Source: a virus (Duplodnaviria > Caudoviricetes). Taken from it: a DNA stretch of 64,000 nucleotides. Where the stretch lies: IMG/VR virus record IMGVR_UViG_2881096153_000005, positions 10,147 to 74,146 of that record. The stretch is one strand, 5' to 3'. Both the position numbers and the translations under genes were made by a program. Shown in pieces: positions 9,727 to 18,893 of this stretch (position 1 is its first letter; each line of letters opens with the position of its first letter). The notes beneath the pieces are model-generated. The model ran no database searches and was not told the origin of the DNA. It worked only from the letters and a program-made list of their open reading frames with translations.

Positions 9727-10155
9727 TTACCTAAAAAGCAAGGTAAAATCATACATTGTTTTAGATCCAACTCCAACTGGACAACATACCCCTCCTACCT
9801 TTATTCCGTTTTCGTAATAAATAAAATCTTTATACTTTGTAGGAAAGTCCAAGTTATGAGAAAATGAGATATCAACAGATACTGCATCATAGCCCTTTGG
9901 TACATCTACTACAAATTCATAATTACCTTCTTCATTAGTATATGTCTTTCCCAGTGGAATGCCCGACTTATTCAATCCAGCGGAATTCAAGTGGATCAAC
10001 ACGCTATCGACCGGCTGTTGCGCCTCGTCGATCACCCGACCCGTGACGGTGGTGACGCGCTTGCCGGGACCACCAAGTTGGCAATCAGTCAAGCATAATA
10101 TAATCAGTAAAATATAGAAAGTAAGCAAAAAGCCCTGGGTCTGTTTCAATTTCAT
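9727..10155 (-). CDS. Hypothetical exported/lipoprotein with a carboxypeptidase-regulatory-like beta domain
   Basis: Hydrophobic N-terminus ending LTDC; VTGRVIDE...PVDSVLI and YTNEEGNYEF pattern. Confidence 0.6.
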   Translation of the reverse strand: MKLKQTQGFLLTFYILLIILCLTDCQLGGPGKRVTTVTGRVIDEAQQPVDSVLIHLNSAGLNKSGIPLGKTYTNEEGNYEFVVDVPKGYDAVSVDISFSHNLDFPTKYKDFIYYENGIKVGGVCCPVGVGSKTMYDFTLLFR

Positions 10156-10267
10156 ACTGGGTGGATTTTAGAAACTTTGTAAATGTAAAAAATTGGTAAC
10201 TTATAAAGGGTAACCTTATCAAAAAATTTGGCGCCAGATTTTTCTGATTCCTGAGCTCAGTTTTTCT

Positions 10268-10326
10268 GTCCTTCCCTCCCCCGTTTCCTACATTGATATT
10301 CGTACACTACCTAGTGTACGATAGCC
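10268..10326 (+). promoter_or_regulatory. Phage late-promoter-like motif (GTCCT-N23-ATATTCGTA) plus inverted repeat
   Basis: Same two elements and spacing as at 30168. Perfect inverted repeat TCGTACACTA-cc-TAGTGTACGA at 10300-10321. Confidence 0.55.
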
Positions 10327-13300
10327 ATGAATTTAGAGGAAGTAGCCCGCCTGAGGCTCGAAATCCTGGGTGACGAAGCCCAAAAGACCGTTCAGAACCT
10401 GGAATCAGGCCTTAGAGATGTTAACTCCGAGCTCCGTCTTATGGAGCTCAATGGGGAGAAGGGCTCCGATGCCTGGAAAGAGCTCAAAAAGGTTCAGGCA
10501 GATGTAAAGGATGAAATAAAAGACCTCACCAAAGCCCTTGACATCAATGATGCCTCCTGGCGGGAGCTTTCCAGCCTTAGTAAACAGCTTGGGCGAGATC
10601 TTGCCAACCTGAAAATCGGCTCGGAAGAATGGGTCGATAAGCTTAAAGAGATCGCTCAGGTTGAAGACCGCATGAAAGACGTGCGGTCTGAAATGCGGAA
10701 GATCAAGGACGAAGGAGAAGATCAAAAAGGCTTCTGGGATACTTTCAAGGGCACCTTTTTCGGAGCCTTTGCCGCAGACATGCTCATGCAGGCGGGTCAG
10801 GCTATCTGGGATTTTGGTAAAAAAGCCATTCAAACTGCCGCCGAATACTCCGACTCTTTTGCGGATATTCAAAAAACTACCGGTCAAACCAACGCCGAAG
10901 TACGAGAGCTCAACGAACAACTTCAAGGCATCAATACCCGAACCGCTCAGCTCGACCTTTTGAATATTGCTCAGGTAGGTGGTCAAATAGGCATTGCCAA
11001 AGAAGAAATGTTCGGCTTCGTCGATGCGATCGACAAAGCGGTGGTTGCCCTGGGCGATGAATTCAGCGGGGGCGCTGAGCAGGTAGCCAAAGAAATGGGT
11101 GTGCTGGCTAACCTGTTCAAAGAAACCAAAGATTTGGAAGCCGGTGAAGCCATTCTTCGGATCGGCTCCGCAGTCAACGAACTTGGCGCGGCTGGCCTGG
11201 CCACCGGTCCCTATCTATCAGATTTTACGGCTCGACTTGGGGCGTTGGGTGATTTGGCGCCCAAAGTTACCGAGTCGCTTGCCTTCGGATCCATCTTCGA
11301 GGAGCTGGGCTTAACCTCCGAAATCGCCGCGTCCGGATTAACCAAGGTGCTGACTGTCGGAGCTACCGAATCGGAGAAATTTGCCCGGGGTATGAACCTG
11401 GCCAAAAGTGAGGTGGAGAACCTGATCAATACCAATCCGAATGAATTTATCCTAAAACTTGCCGAAAGCTTTGAGGGGCTATCGACTACCGAGGTAGCCG
11501 CTAAGATGAAAGATCTTGGGCTGAACTCTCAGGAAGCTATCAAAGTGATGGGCGTTTTGGCTGAAAACACGGATCTGGTCCGGGAAAAGCAGGAGCTTTC
11601 AAGCAAAGCCTTTCAGGAAGCTACCTCGCTGACTAACGAATTCAACATCAAGAATGAAACATTTGCCGCGACCTTAGATAAGGCCGGGAAAGCGGTTGAA
11701 GAGCTTGAAGTTAGTCTGGGTCAGGTTCTCATCCCGATCGTCACGACACTAGTTACCAGTTTCGTTGCCCTGTTAAAAGGAATTGGTGCCATTCCAGAAT
11801 TTGTCCGCGAAAATAAGGAAATGTTTATCGCCTTGGGTGTCGCATTAGTAGGCCTCAATACGGCAAATATTGCGGCAACCGCTTCATCTCTCGCCCATGC
11901 AGCCGCAGAAAAAGGCAGATTGATCTGGACAGAAGCAGCGACCGTTGCTCAATGGGCGATGAACATCGCATTAAATGCAAACCCAATAGGAGCGGTAGTT
12001 GCTGCAATTTCTGTTCTGGTCGGTGGTTTCATTACGCTATATCAGAATTCAGAGACGCTCCGGAACATTATTGACGGTGTATGGGCTGCGATGAAGGAAG
12101 GTGTCGAAATTATTCAGGATGTAGCTCAGGCCATTGGACGAGGGTTTGATCAAATGCTTGAAAAACTTCCTTTTTTGACAGAAGGTTTGGAGTGGATTGG
12201 CGATGTTTCTGATACCATATTAACCGCTTTGGGCGACTCTCTTTCCTGGGTAGGTAGCAAGATTGGCCAGGTTATTGACTTTTTCGGCGGGCTATACAGT
12301 AAAATCTTTGAGGTAGGAAACTCGATTGGTGGAGCCTTGAGTCCAGCTTTTGATTTCATTCTTAATGGGTTCGATTTTGTCAAAAAATCAATTACTGACT
12401 TCCTGAATTTCATACAAGGCGGAGTTGAAAAGGTATCGGGTTTTCTCAAATCAATCACACCGGAAGGATTTACAGAAGCCGGTAAGCTATTTTCTGATGC
12501 AGGAAAACGCATTTCTAAATCATTTAATGATGCATTTGCCTCTGAACAGGAAGAAGGTCACAAGCAACAAAGCGCCCTGAATAAAAAGCAGCTCGACAAA
12601 AAGGTTGAAGATGAAAAAAAAGCGTCGGGTATCATCACCGAGAATGACAAACAAACCCATCAAAAAGGACTTTCGGAAAAAGGAAATGCCAACAAAAAAG
12701 CCAATGACGAAAGGATAAAGGCCAATGAGGATGCCTTGAAAAGCATTGCCAAGCTGGAAGTAACGGCTATTGCTGATGATTTGAAAAGGAATATAGCCAA
12801 TGAAAATGCAAAGTATGCCGAAGAGAAAAAGCGGATCGAGAAGTCAAAGGCGGACGCCGTTCTGAAAGCCAAATGGCTGGAAGCGCTCGAAAAAGAGCAT
12901 ACCGCCAAAATTGAGAAAATCAATGGCGATTTTCGGACAAAGAAAGAAAAGGCTGATCAGCAAACGGCTCAGAAAATTGACGCCATGGAAGCTAAATATC
13001 AGGCCGATGATCTGAAAAGAAAGATTGCCTCCATTGAAGCTTCGGCCAAAAAAGATCTGGAAGAAGCCCAAAAGCTGGTGAAGGATAAGGATCAGCTGGC
13101 CAAACTCGAAGTTGCCATCAATACAAAAAAGGAACAGGATATTGCCGCTACCCGCGACAAGTTCCGGAAGGAAACGGAAGTCAAAGAAAAAGCGGCCCGT
13201 GATCTTAAACTGAAAGAAGAAAAATCGCTTTTTGATTCGGAATTTAAAGCATTTCAGGCCAAGACCGAAGCACAGCTGGCCAATACCAGGGAAGGATCCA

Positions 13301-14835
13301 ACGCGCAATTGCAGGTCAAAATCAACTCCCTGACGCAGGAGTACGAGTATCGAAAGCGGAAGCTGTTGATGGAAGCTGCGGACGAAAAGGCTCGACTGGC
13401 AGAAAGCATTAAAGATTCGGATGCTAGGGCGGCGGCCATCAAGAATATTGATGATCGGCTGACTTCGCAGCTAAAAACCAATGATGCCAATCTGCAGGCC
13501 GAAAAGACCAGGCTCCTGGCTGAACAGCACCAGAACCGACTAACCAATACCACGCAGTTCTTTAATGCTTTGGAAGGTTTGGCCAAAGGGGACTTTAATT
13601 CCTTCACAAATTTCCTGTTACAAAAAGTCTCGAACGAGCAGGCAGCCAATCAAACAAGGCTAAGAGACTTTGCCACTAAAGGAGCTGAAACGCTGGAAAT
13701 AGCCGGCCAGGTGGTGCAGGGTATGCAGCAGCTGAACCAGGCATTTCTTGAATCGCAGCTGAGAAAGATCGAGCGTGAAAAAAACTCTCAATTGGCGAGC
13801 TGGGAGGAGCAGTACAAATCAGGCAAAATATCCAAAATTGAATACCAGGTAGGCGTTGACCGGATCAATGCTCAGGCAGCTGAAAAAGAACGGGCGGAGA
13901 AACTGAAAGCCTGGAAGCGCGATCAGGCCATGCAAATTGGGATGGCGATTATTAATGCGGCAGCAGCTGCACTCAAATCCCTGGCTACCATGGGCTGGCC
14001 ATTGGGGCTTATCGGCGTGGCCGCTTCGGCCGTGACTGCGGGGATCCAGATTGCCATGATCAAAAAACAGCAGCCGCCCAGTTTTGCAGATGGTGGTACG
14101 CTCCCTGGAAAAAAATATGTTCGTAATGCCGGTGTTCCGGAAGGGCCGGGACATGGATCCAGTTACGGAAAATCGGGTATTGCTTTGGTCAGACGTGATA
14201 CCCAACAGGAAGTAGGTGAAATGGAAGGGGATGAACCCATCATGATCCTTTCCCGAAATACCTATAAGAACAACCGAGGGACAATTGACAAATTATTGCA
14301 CAGCTCGTTGCACCGAAATGGCGCTCCCATCTTTGCCCGGAATGGGGCGTGGCTGGGTGATGCACCAATTGAGCCGCTGGGCTATGGACAGAGTTACCTG
14401 TTTGGGAGCAAGAAAAAGAAGAAAGCCTACGATGCCCAGATGCAGGCCCAATATGATGCGGATCAGGCCGCCAAGAATGGTACAACTGCGGGAGGGTATG
14501 AAGATTATGCCTACGAGGACTATAATTATGACGATGGCGGCGCTGGTGGAGATTACGGGGATTATGGAGACTATGGTGGTAGCGCTGACTATGGAGATGC
14601 CAGTGCCACCAATGCGACCACGAGCGCCCAAATCAGGGAAAGTCAGCTGATGATGGAGAATATTGCCAAAAACACCGCTCAAACGGTTGGTGCAATCAAG
14701 GAGCTGGCCGGTAAAATTGATCAATCAAATTCCCTTTTGAACGACATACGAAACAAGCCGATCGGCCCGAGCCTGCATGAAATTCAGGGTGCCGTGGCGT
14801 CGGCCACCGCAAATTCTGCTAAATCTGACCTCTAA
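10327..14835 (+). CDS. Phage tail tape-measure protein (copy A, 1502 aa)
   Basis: Coiled-coil N-terminus, TP901-type core, NPIGAVVAAI hydrophobic region, long K/E/A-rich helix. Paralogous to 52669-57687. Confidence 0.88.
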   Translation: MNLEEVARLRLEILGDEAQKTVQNLESGLRDVNSELRLMELNGEKGSDAWKELKKVQADVKDEIKDLTKALDINDASWRELSSLSKQLGRDLANLKIGSEEWVDKLKEIAQVEDRMKDVRSEMRKIKDEGEDQKGFWDTFKGTFFGAFAADMLMQAGQAIWDFGKKAIQTAAEYSDSFADIQKTTGQTNAEVRELNEQLQGINTRTAQLDLLNIAQVGGQIGIAKEEMFGFVDAIDKAVVALGDEFSGGAEQVAKEMGVLANLFKETKDLEAGEAILRIGSAVNELGAAGLATGPYLSDFTARLGALGDLAPKVTESLAFGSIFEELGLTSEIAASGLTKVLTVGATESEKFARGMNLAKSEVENLINTNPNEFILKLAESFEGLSTTEVAAKMKDLGLNSQEAIKVMGVLAENTDLVREKQELSSKAFQEATSLTNEFNIKNETFAATLDKAGKAVEELEVSLGQVLIPIVTTLVTSFVALLKGIGAIPEFVRENKEMFIALGVALVGLNTANIAATASSLAHAAAEKGRLIWTEAATVAQWAMNIALNANPIGAVVAAISVLVGGFITLYQNSETLRNIIDGVWAAMKEGVEIIQDVAQAIGRGFDQMLEKLPFLTEGLEWIGDVSDTILTALGDSLSWVGSKIGQVIDFFGGLYSKIFEVGNSIGGALSPAFDFILNGFDFVKKSITDFLNFIQGGVEKVSGFLKSITPEGFTEAGKLFSDAGKRISKSFNDAFASEQEEGHKQQSALNKKQLDKKVEDEKKASGIITENDKQTHQKGLSEKGNANKKANDERIKANEDALKSIAKLEVTAIADDLKRNIANENAKYAEEKKRIEKSKADAVLKAKWLEALEKEHTAKIEKINGDFRTKKEKADQQTAQKIDAMEAKYQADDLKRKIASIEASAKKDLEEAQKLVKDKDQLAKLEVAINTKKEQDIAATRDKFRKETEVKEKAARDLKLKEEKSLFDSEFKAFQAKTEAQLANTREGSNAQLQVKINSLTQEYEYRKRKLLMEAADEKARLAESIKDSDARAAAIKNIDDRLTSQLKTNDANLQAEKTRLLAEQHQNRLTNTTQFFNALEGLAKGDFNSFTNFLLQKVSNEQAANQTRLRDFATKGAETLEIAGQVVQGMQQLNQAFLESQLRKIEREKNSQLASWEEQYKSGKISKIEYQVGVDRINAQAAEKERAEKLKAWKRDQAMQIGMAIINAAAAALKSLATMGWPLGLIGVAASAVTAGIQIAMIKKQQPPSFADGGTLPGKKYVRNAGVPEGPGHGSSYGKSGIALVRRDTQQEVGEMEGDEPIMILSRNTYKNNRGTIDKLLHSSLHRNGAPIFARNGAWLGDAPIEPLGYGQSYLFGSKKKKKAYDAQMQAQYDADQAAKNGTTAGGYEDYAYEDYNYDDGGAGGDYGDYGDYGGSADYGDASATNATTSAQIRESQLMMENIAKNTAQTVGAIKELAGKIDQSNSLLNDIRNKPIGPSLHEIQGAVASATANSAKSDL

Positions 14836-14848
14836 TCGAATTTTATCA

Positions 14849-16258
14849 ATGCTTCAAATACGAATAAATGGCCACCGGCTGGATCTGAATCCACAGCAAA
14901 CCATTGTGCTGGAACGTTACAATCCGATTTTTGATTTTGATGTAGTGCGTGGATCCAAGGTTCTGGACTTCATGGTCCCTTTTAGTACGGTGAATGACAG
15001 GATCTTTGGCTACGCCCGGTTGCCTCAGGTACGATTTACAAATGAGGTTTTTTTCTGCGAAAAGTATGAAGGATCCGAGCTTCTGGAACGTGGCTACGTT
15101 TATCTTTTGGGAGTTTCCGAAACTGGATACTCCATTTCATACAGTCAGAATCTGGGTGAAATATTCGGAGATTACCAGCGAACACCACTCAATCAAATTG
15201 ATTTGGGGGAAGAATCCATTCCGGAAGAATTCACAGCGGCTGCAAATCACCTTACTGATGCTTACTGTTTGCCAGTCATCTCTAATCCGGCATTTTATGG
15301 TACCACCCTCCCACCCGATTTTACGGGCACCATGAACACCTACGAATCCGGCTCGTACCTGGCCAATACTCCCAAAGTCCCAATGCTGTTTTTGCGGTGG
15401 GTCTTCAAGCAGATTGAGATTCTATGCAATTTCAAGATCAAGGGTCAGTTCGTGGATGACCCGATCATGCAACGCCTGATTCTGGTCAATACTTTCTCAT
15501 TGGATTCTGCCACGGTCATCAATTACAGCAATCACCTTCCGGAGCTGACGATTCCTGACCTTTTGAAAGAGCTGCGGAAGCTCTTTAACCTGGCCTTGTT
15601 TTTCGATGTACGAAACAGGATCCTGACGATACAGTATGTTGACAATTTGATTCAGCAGGAGCCAATATTAGACTGGTCCCGAAAATTTGCACCGGTGGCC
15701 ACGCGCGCACCAGAAAGCGCCCGGCGCTTGGAACTTGACTGGGAAGTCGATAGCAATGACGGACGAATGAAAGTGCGGCCAGAAGATTTTCAGCTGTACC
15801 AATCGCCTGGGGACTCAGCACTATTTGCCATTAAATCCAAATTCAGTACCCTCGACACCGACCCGATCAGCGGCCGGCCGACGATGGAACAGCCCGGGAT
15901 CAGCACGATCAACAACCAAATGAACAACAAATTTGCGCCAAGGCTCCTATTCTGGAAGGGAGTAATTGAAAGTGAGCCATCTGCCGGAAATGCAGAAGGT
16001 GAGTATCGACTTGCCTGGCACGGATCTTCAAATTTGGCAACTAACTTTTGGTCGGAATATGAAAGTTTTCGAGCCCGGACAGACCGGCGACTGCTCTTCG
16101 GTGATCTGACGTCATCAGACGTGGCCAGGATCGATCTACATCGAACGGCCGGAGAACCCATGAAAGTCTATATTCAAGGCAGAAATTATCTCATCGGGGC
16201 GCAGCGGATTGGTCTGCCCCTGCGGGGGCTTTCGGAGGTGGAGCTTTGGGGGGTGTAA
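14849..16258 (+). CDS. Tail protein downstream of tape measure (distal tail/hub-like, copy A)
   Basis: ATG at 14849 chosen because MLQIRINGHRLDL aligns with MKKRIEIKLDGRSLDL of 57693. Shares LERYNP.F, NHLP.LT, RRLELDWE and PRLLFW blocks with copy B. Confidence 0.75.
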   Translation: MLQIRINGHRLDLNPQQTIVLERYNPIFDFDVVRGSKVLDFMVPFSTVNDRIFGYARLPQVRFTNEVFFCEKYEGSELLERGYVYLLGVSETGYSISYSQNLGEIFGDYQRTPLNQIDLGEESIPEEFTAAANHLTDAYCLPVISNPAFYGTTLPPDFTGTMNTYESGSYLANTPKVPMLFLRWVFKQIEILCNFKIKGQFVDDPIMQRLILVNTFSLDSATVINYSNHLPELTIPDLLKELRKLFNLALFFDVRNRILTIQYVDNLIQQEPILDWSRKFAPVATRAPESARRLELDWEVDSNDGRMKVRPEDFQLYQSPGDSALFAIKSKFSTLDTDPISGRPTMEQPGISTINNQMNNKFAPRLLFWKGVIESEPSAGNAEGEYRLAWHGSSNLATNFWSEYESFRARTDRRLLFGDLTSSDVARIDLHRTAGEPMKVYIQGRNYLIGAQRIGLPLRGLSEVELWGV

Positions 16259-16784
16259 GTAATTGATTTTGAAACTTGGAAAGAGAGTCTAATGCTAATT
16301 TTTGTTGGCTTACAACTTGCTTTAATGAATCAATTCGAATTTCTACATTTTTTTGGGAGTTGCTATTTGCTGATGTCTGCCATAGGGCAATTATAGATAC
16401 GAATACAGCTAAGGCACTAATGAGTGGATTTATCCACCAGAGTTTTTTTGATCTAAATTCAGCCTCAATTGCTTGGCTTTCCAATAACGATTTTGCCTTT
16501 TTCTCATTTTGTCGCCGCGTAATTTCACTTTTGATAGTTACCCAGCCGTCAACTTTTATTCTTTCACCCAAAGTTGTGTATCTGAAAGAGTTATCAAGGC
16601 GATGTTCCAAGATTTCATATTGAATTAGCCAGTCAATTACAGATCTTGCTTCCGCCTTGGTAATTGAAAAGTTATGAGCAAAGAGGTAATAAAACTGTTC
16701 TTCTGTAGTTTTACCTCCACCATTAAAATCTTCAAAAAAGGCAATATACTTTTGAAGTGATTCATCCTCAGCTGGTAAATCCAT
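16191..16784 (-). CDS. Hypothetical membrane-anchored protein
   Basis: ATG at 16784 directly follows the integrase stop. One TM segment (INPLISALAVFVSIIALW). The 3' end overlaps the tail gene by 68 bp. Confidence 0.6.
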   Translation of the reverse strand: MDLPAEDESLQKYIAFFEDFNGGGKTTEEQFYYLFAHNFSITKAEARSVIDWLIQYEILEHRLDNSFRYTTLGERIKVDGWVTIKSEITRRQNEKKAKSLLESQAIEAEFRSKKLWWINPLISALAVFVSIIALWQTSANSNSQKNVEIRIDSLKQVVSQQKLALDSLSKFQNQLLTPPKAPPPKAPAGADQSAAPR

Positions 16785-16785
16785 T

Positions 16786-18030
16786 TCAAATTTTTCGTTT
16801 TGCTTCTTCATTTTTTTCTTCCGTTCCATAAACTTTATCAGCAAATGCATCATTTTCCTCTCTTTTGGCCGCAGCAAAATAGTTTTCCGTAACTGAGATC
16901 GATGAGTGATCCAATGCTTCCGATACAGCATAAATGTCGCCGGTTTCTTTTCTGGCAATCTCAGCGAAGCTATGCCTGGCCACATGCATTGAAAAATGTT
17001 GTATGCCAGCCTGAGAAGCTATTTTTTTGAGATTTTTCCCAACGATTGAGTTGGTGGATGATATGATTTTAAACCATTCATCTTGCGTAAATCGGCCTTT
17101 CTCTTTCCCTTTAAGGAAAGGAAAGACATAATCATGGGGCTTGACGCCAGGTATAGAATAAAATTCAAGTATTTGAGAAGCCCGCTTGTGCAGTCGTATC
17201 GAACGTACTTTACCTGTCTTGTTGGCAACGTACTCATATCTGTTTTCTCGAATCTGTGACCAGGTAAGTTGTACCACGTCAGCGAAGCGGATCCCCTGCA
17301 TGTAAAAGGAAAAGAGAAAGATATTTTTCGCATGAAAGGCATTGATATCTTTCCGGATGTCAAGATTGTAGATTTTCTCTATTTCTTCAATACTCAGCTT
17401 TACCCGGCTCGACTTCTGTTTTTTGAGCTTGATCATGTCAAAAGGATTTCCTCCCTCCGGAGTAAAATGACCAGACTCAACAGCTTCATTATAGATCCCT
17501 CGTAATTTCGAGAAGTTAGATTGAATGGTATTTGCGCTATTCCCTTTTCCCTTTAAGTGTTGTCGGTAGCGATTCAACAGCTTGTGATCTATTTCACCAA
17601 AGGGCAACTCCTGATTTTTAAGGTAATCTTCCAGTTTTTTAACAACGGACGTCTGGCCAGCTCTCGACGCTGGGCTATCCAATGCGGCTATATGTGCCTT
17701 CGCAAATGTAAAGAAATTGTCACCAAGCAGATTAAATTTGACGGCCTTGATCAAGGTTTGAACGGTGGTTACCCTACCCTTAACAGTATTCTTTAGATAG
17801 GCTTGTTCCAGTTCAATCCTTTTGGCCTTTAAGATGCTGTTCTTCTGCCGATATTGCGGATCGCTCTTTCGTATTTCTTCTTTTTCAGGATTCCAATCTT
17901 TGGAAAGTACAGAGAATCCTGCACCTACTCTTTTGAGTTTTTTGTTTTGAGTGATCCTAATTTGGACAGTTTGGGTACCATCCTTTTTAACGTAATTATC
18001 CAGTTCGATGTGAAATGTGATGTTGCTCAT
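16786..18030 (-). CDS. int: Tyrosine integrase (copy A)
   Basis: Arm-binding N-terminus (MSNITFHIEL...KKDG), SAM-like middle region, catalytic R (GIRFADV), HxxR (HVARHSF), H (LDHSS) and Y (TENYF). Confidence 0.93.
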   Translation of the reverse strand: MSNITFHIELDNYVKKDGTQTVQIRITQNKKLKRVGAGFSVLSKDWNPEKEEIRKSDPQYRQKNSILKAKRIELEQAYLKNTVKGRVTTVQTLIKAVKFNLLGDNFFTFAKAHIAALDSPASRAGQTSVVKKLEDYLKNQELPFGEIDHKLLNRYRQHLKGKGNSANTIQSNFSKLRGIYNEAVESGHFTPEGGNPFDMIKLKKQKSSRVKLSIEEIEKIYNLDIRKDINAFHAKNIFLFSFYMQGIRFADVVQLTWSQIRENRYEYVANKTGKVRSIRLHKRASQILEFYSIPGVKPHDYVFPFLKGKEKGRFTQDEWFKIISSTNSIVGKNLKKIASQAGIQHFSMHVARHSFAEIARKETGDIYAVSEALDHSSISVTENYFAAAKREENDAFADKVYGTEEKNEEAKRKI

Positions 18031-18043
18031 TGAAAGTAAAAAA

Positions 18044-18268
18044 TTCTGAAACTTTTTCTGAAACTTTTCTGAGTACTGGGCACTTTCAGAAAACACCTAA
18101 AAAAGAAAAAACCGCTCAGAAATGAATTCTGAGCGGTTATCAGTCTTGTCACGTAGTGCCTGATGGCAATAAAGTGACCCATAGGGAGTTATAGCCAATC
18201 CAAGGTTATATACTGTATTTCAGGACATTAAAGAACTTTCAAAATAATTCCATGAAACTTCCATGAAA
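18044..18268. other. attP-like junction between elements A and B
   Basis: Tandem TTCTGAAACT copies (18044, 18056, partial 18067) and tandem TTCCATGAAA copies (18248, 18259) flank GTGACCCATAGGGAGTT (18174-18190). The reverse complement of that sequence ends GGGTCAC, like a tRNA 3' end. Confidence 0.55.
18101..18138 (-). terminator. Intrinsic terminator on the minus strand upstream of integrase A
   Basis: AACCGCTCAGAA-atgaa-TTCTGAGCGGTT with an A-rich tract on its left (T tract on minus). Confidence 0.7.
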
Positions 18269-18303
18269 TCAAAGCTATTTCACAATTCCAGAATGAACAG
18301 TCA

Positions 18304-18849
18304 CTAACCATTGGGAATCTGTACATGGAAAACATCTTTCAAATAACTTGCGATTGAGGCGATATTTGCACCAAGTGAGATTAAATCTATCAAGGTTTTA
18401 GCATATATTTTGCCTGTTTTCTCTACCTCGCTCTTGGCTGTTCGAAGGGTTTCTACAGCTTCACTTTTTTGCGAAGGGTTGAGTTGAGAATCATTCTGTA
18501 CTTCAATCAAAACCTTTTCCAGATTATTGACTATATGGGTTGTAATATTGATCTGGGATCCGGTGGATCCTGAGATAATATTGGGGGAGCTGGCATTGCC
18601 GAAAAAATTAACTTGGTTACTTTGGCTAGTCTTATTTTCCTTCATCTCTGTTAACCATTGTTGGAATCCTTTCTCATGAGCACGATGCCCTTCCATTGTT
18701 AATTTCCACTGGTACCTATTTACTTCTGTTATTAAACCAAGCGTCTTTAGGTTATTGTGGGCATCGCTGAGATCTGGTCGATTAGCATAAGTTAGAAGGT
18801 AAAAGCCTTCATCAATAATTTTTTGCATTAAGTGATTTTCTGAACCCAT
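18304..18849 (-). CDS. Hypothetical protein (lysogeny-side accessory gene)
   Basis: 181-aa ORF co-oriented with the repressor; no family recognised. Confidence 0.65.
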   Translation of the reverse strand: MGSENHLMQKIIDEGFYLLTYANRPDLSDAHNNLKTLGLITEVNRYQWKLTMEGHRAHEKGFQQWLTEMKENKTSQSNQVNFFGNASSPNIISGSTGSQINITTHIVNNLEKVLIEVQNDSQLNPSQKSEAVETLRTAKSEVEKTGKIYAKTLIDLISLGANIASIASYLKDVFHVQIPNG

Positions 18850-18893
18850 GATATTTTATAATCAAATTAACTTGTGACCAAAAAAAAGTAACT

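Larger units (their letters stand above)
10268..18180. mobile_element. Element A: prophage remnant or satellite-like element (tape measure + tail gene + orphan + integrase)
   Basis: Three genes are clear paralogues of prophage B genes (52669, 57693, 62780) in the same order. It ends at the att-like junction. The left boundary is unknown and may include the defence genes to the left. Confidence 0.7.

Noticed and set aside
10405-14724. Numerous 70-190-aa minus-strand ORFs inside tape measure A
   Set aside because: They are antisense shadows of a long coding sequence, with no independent start context or motifs.
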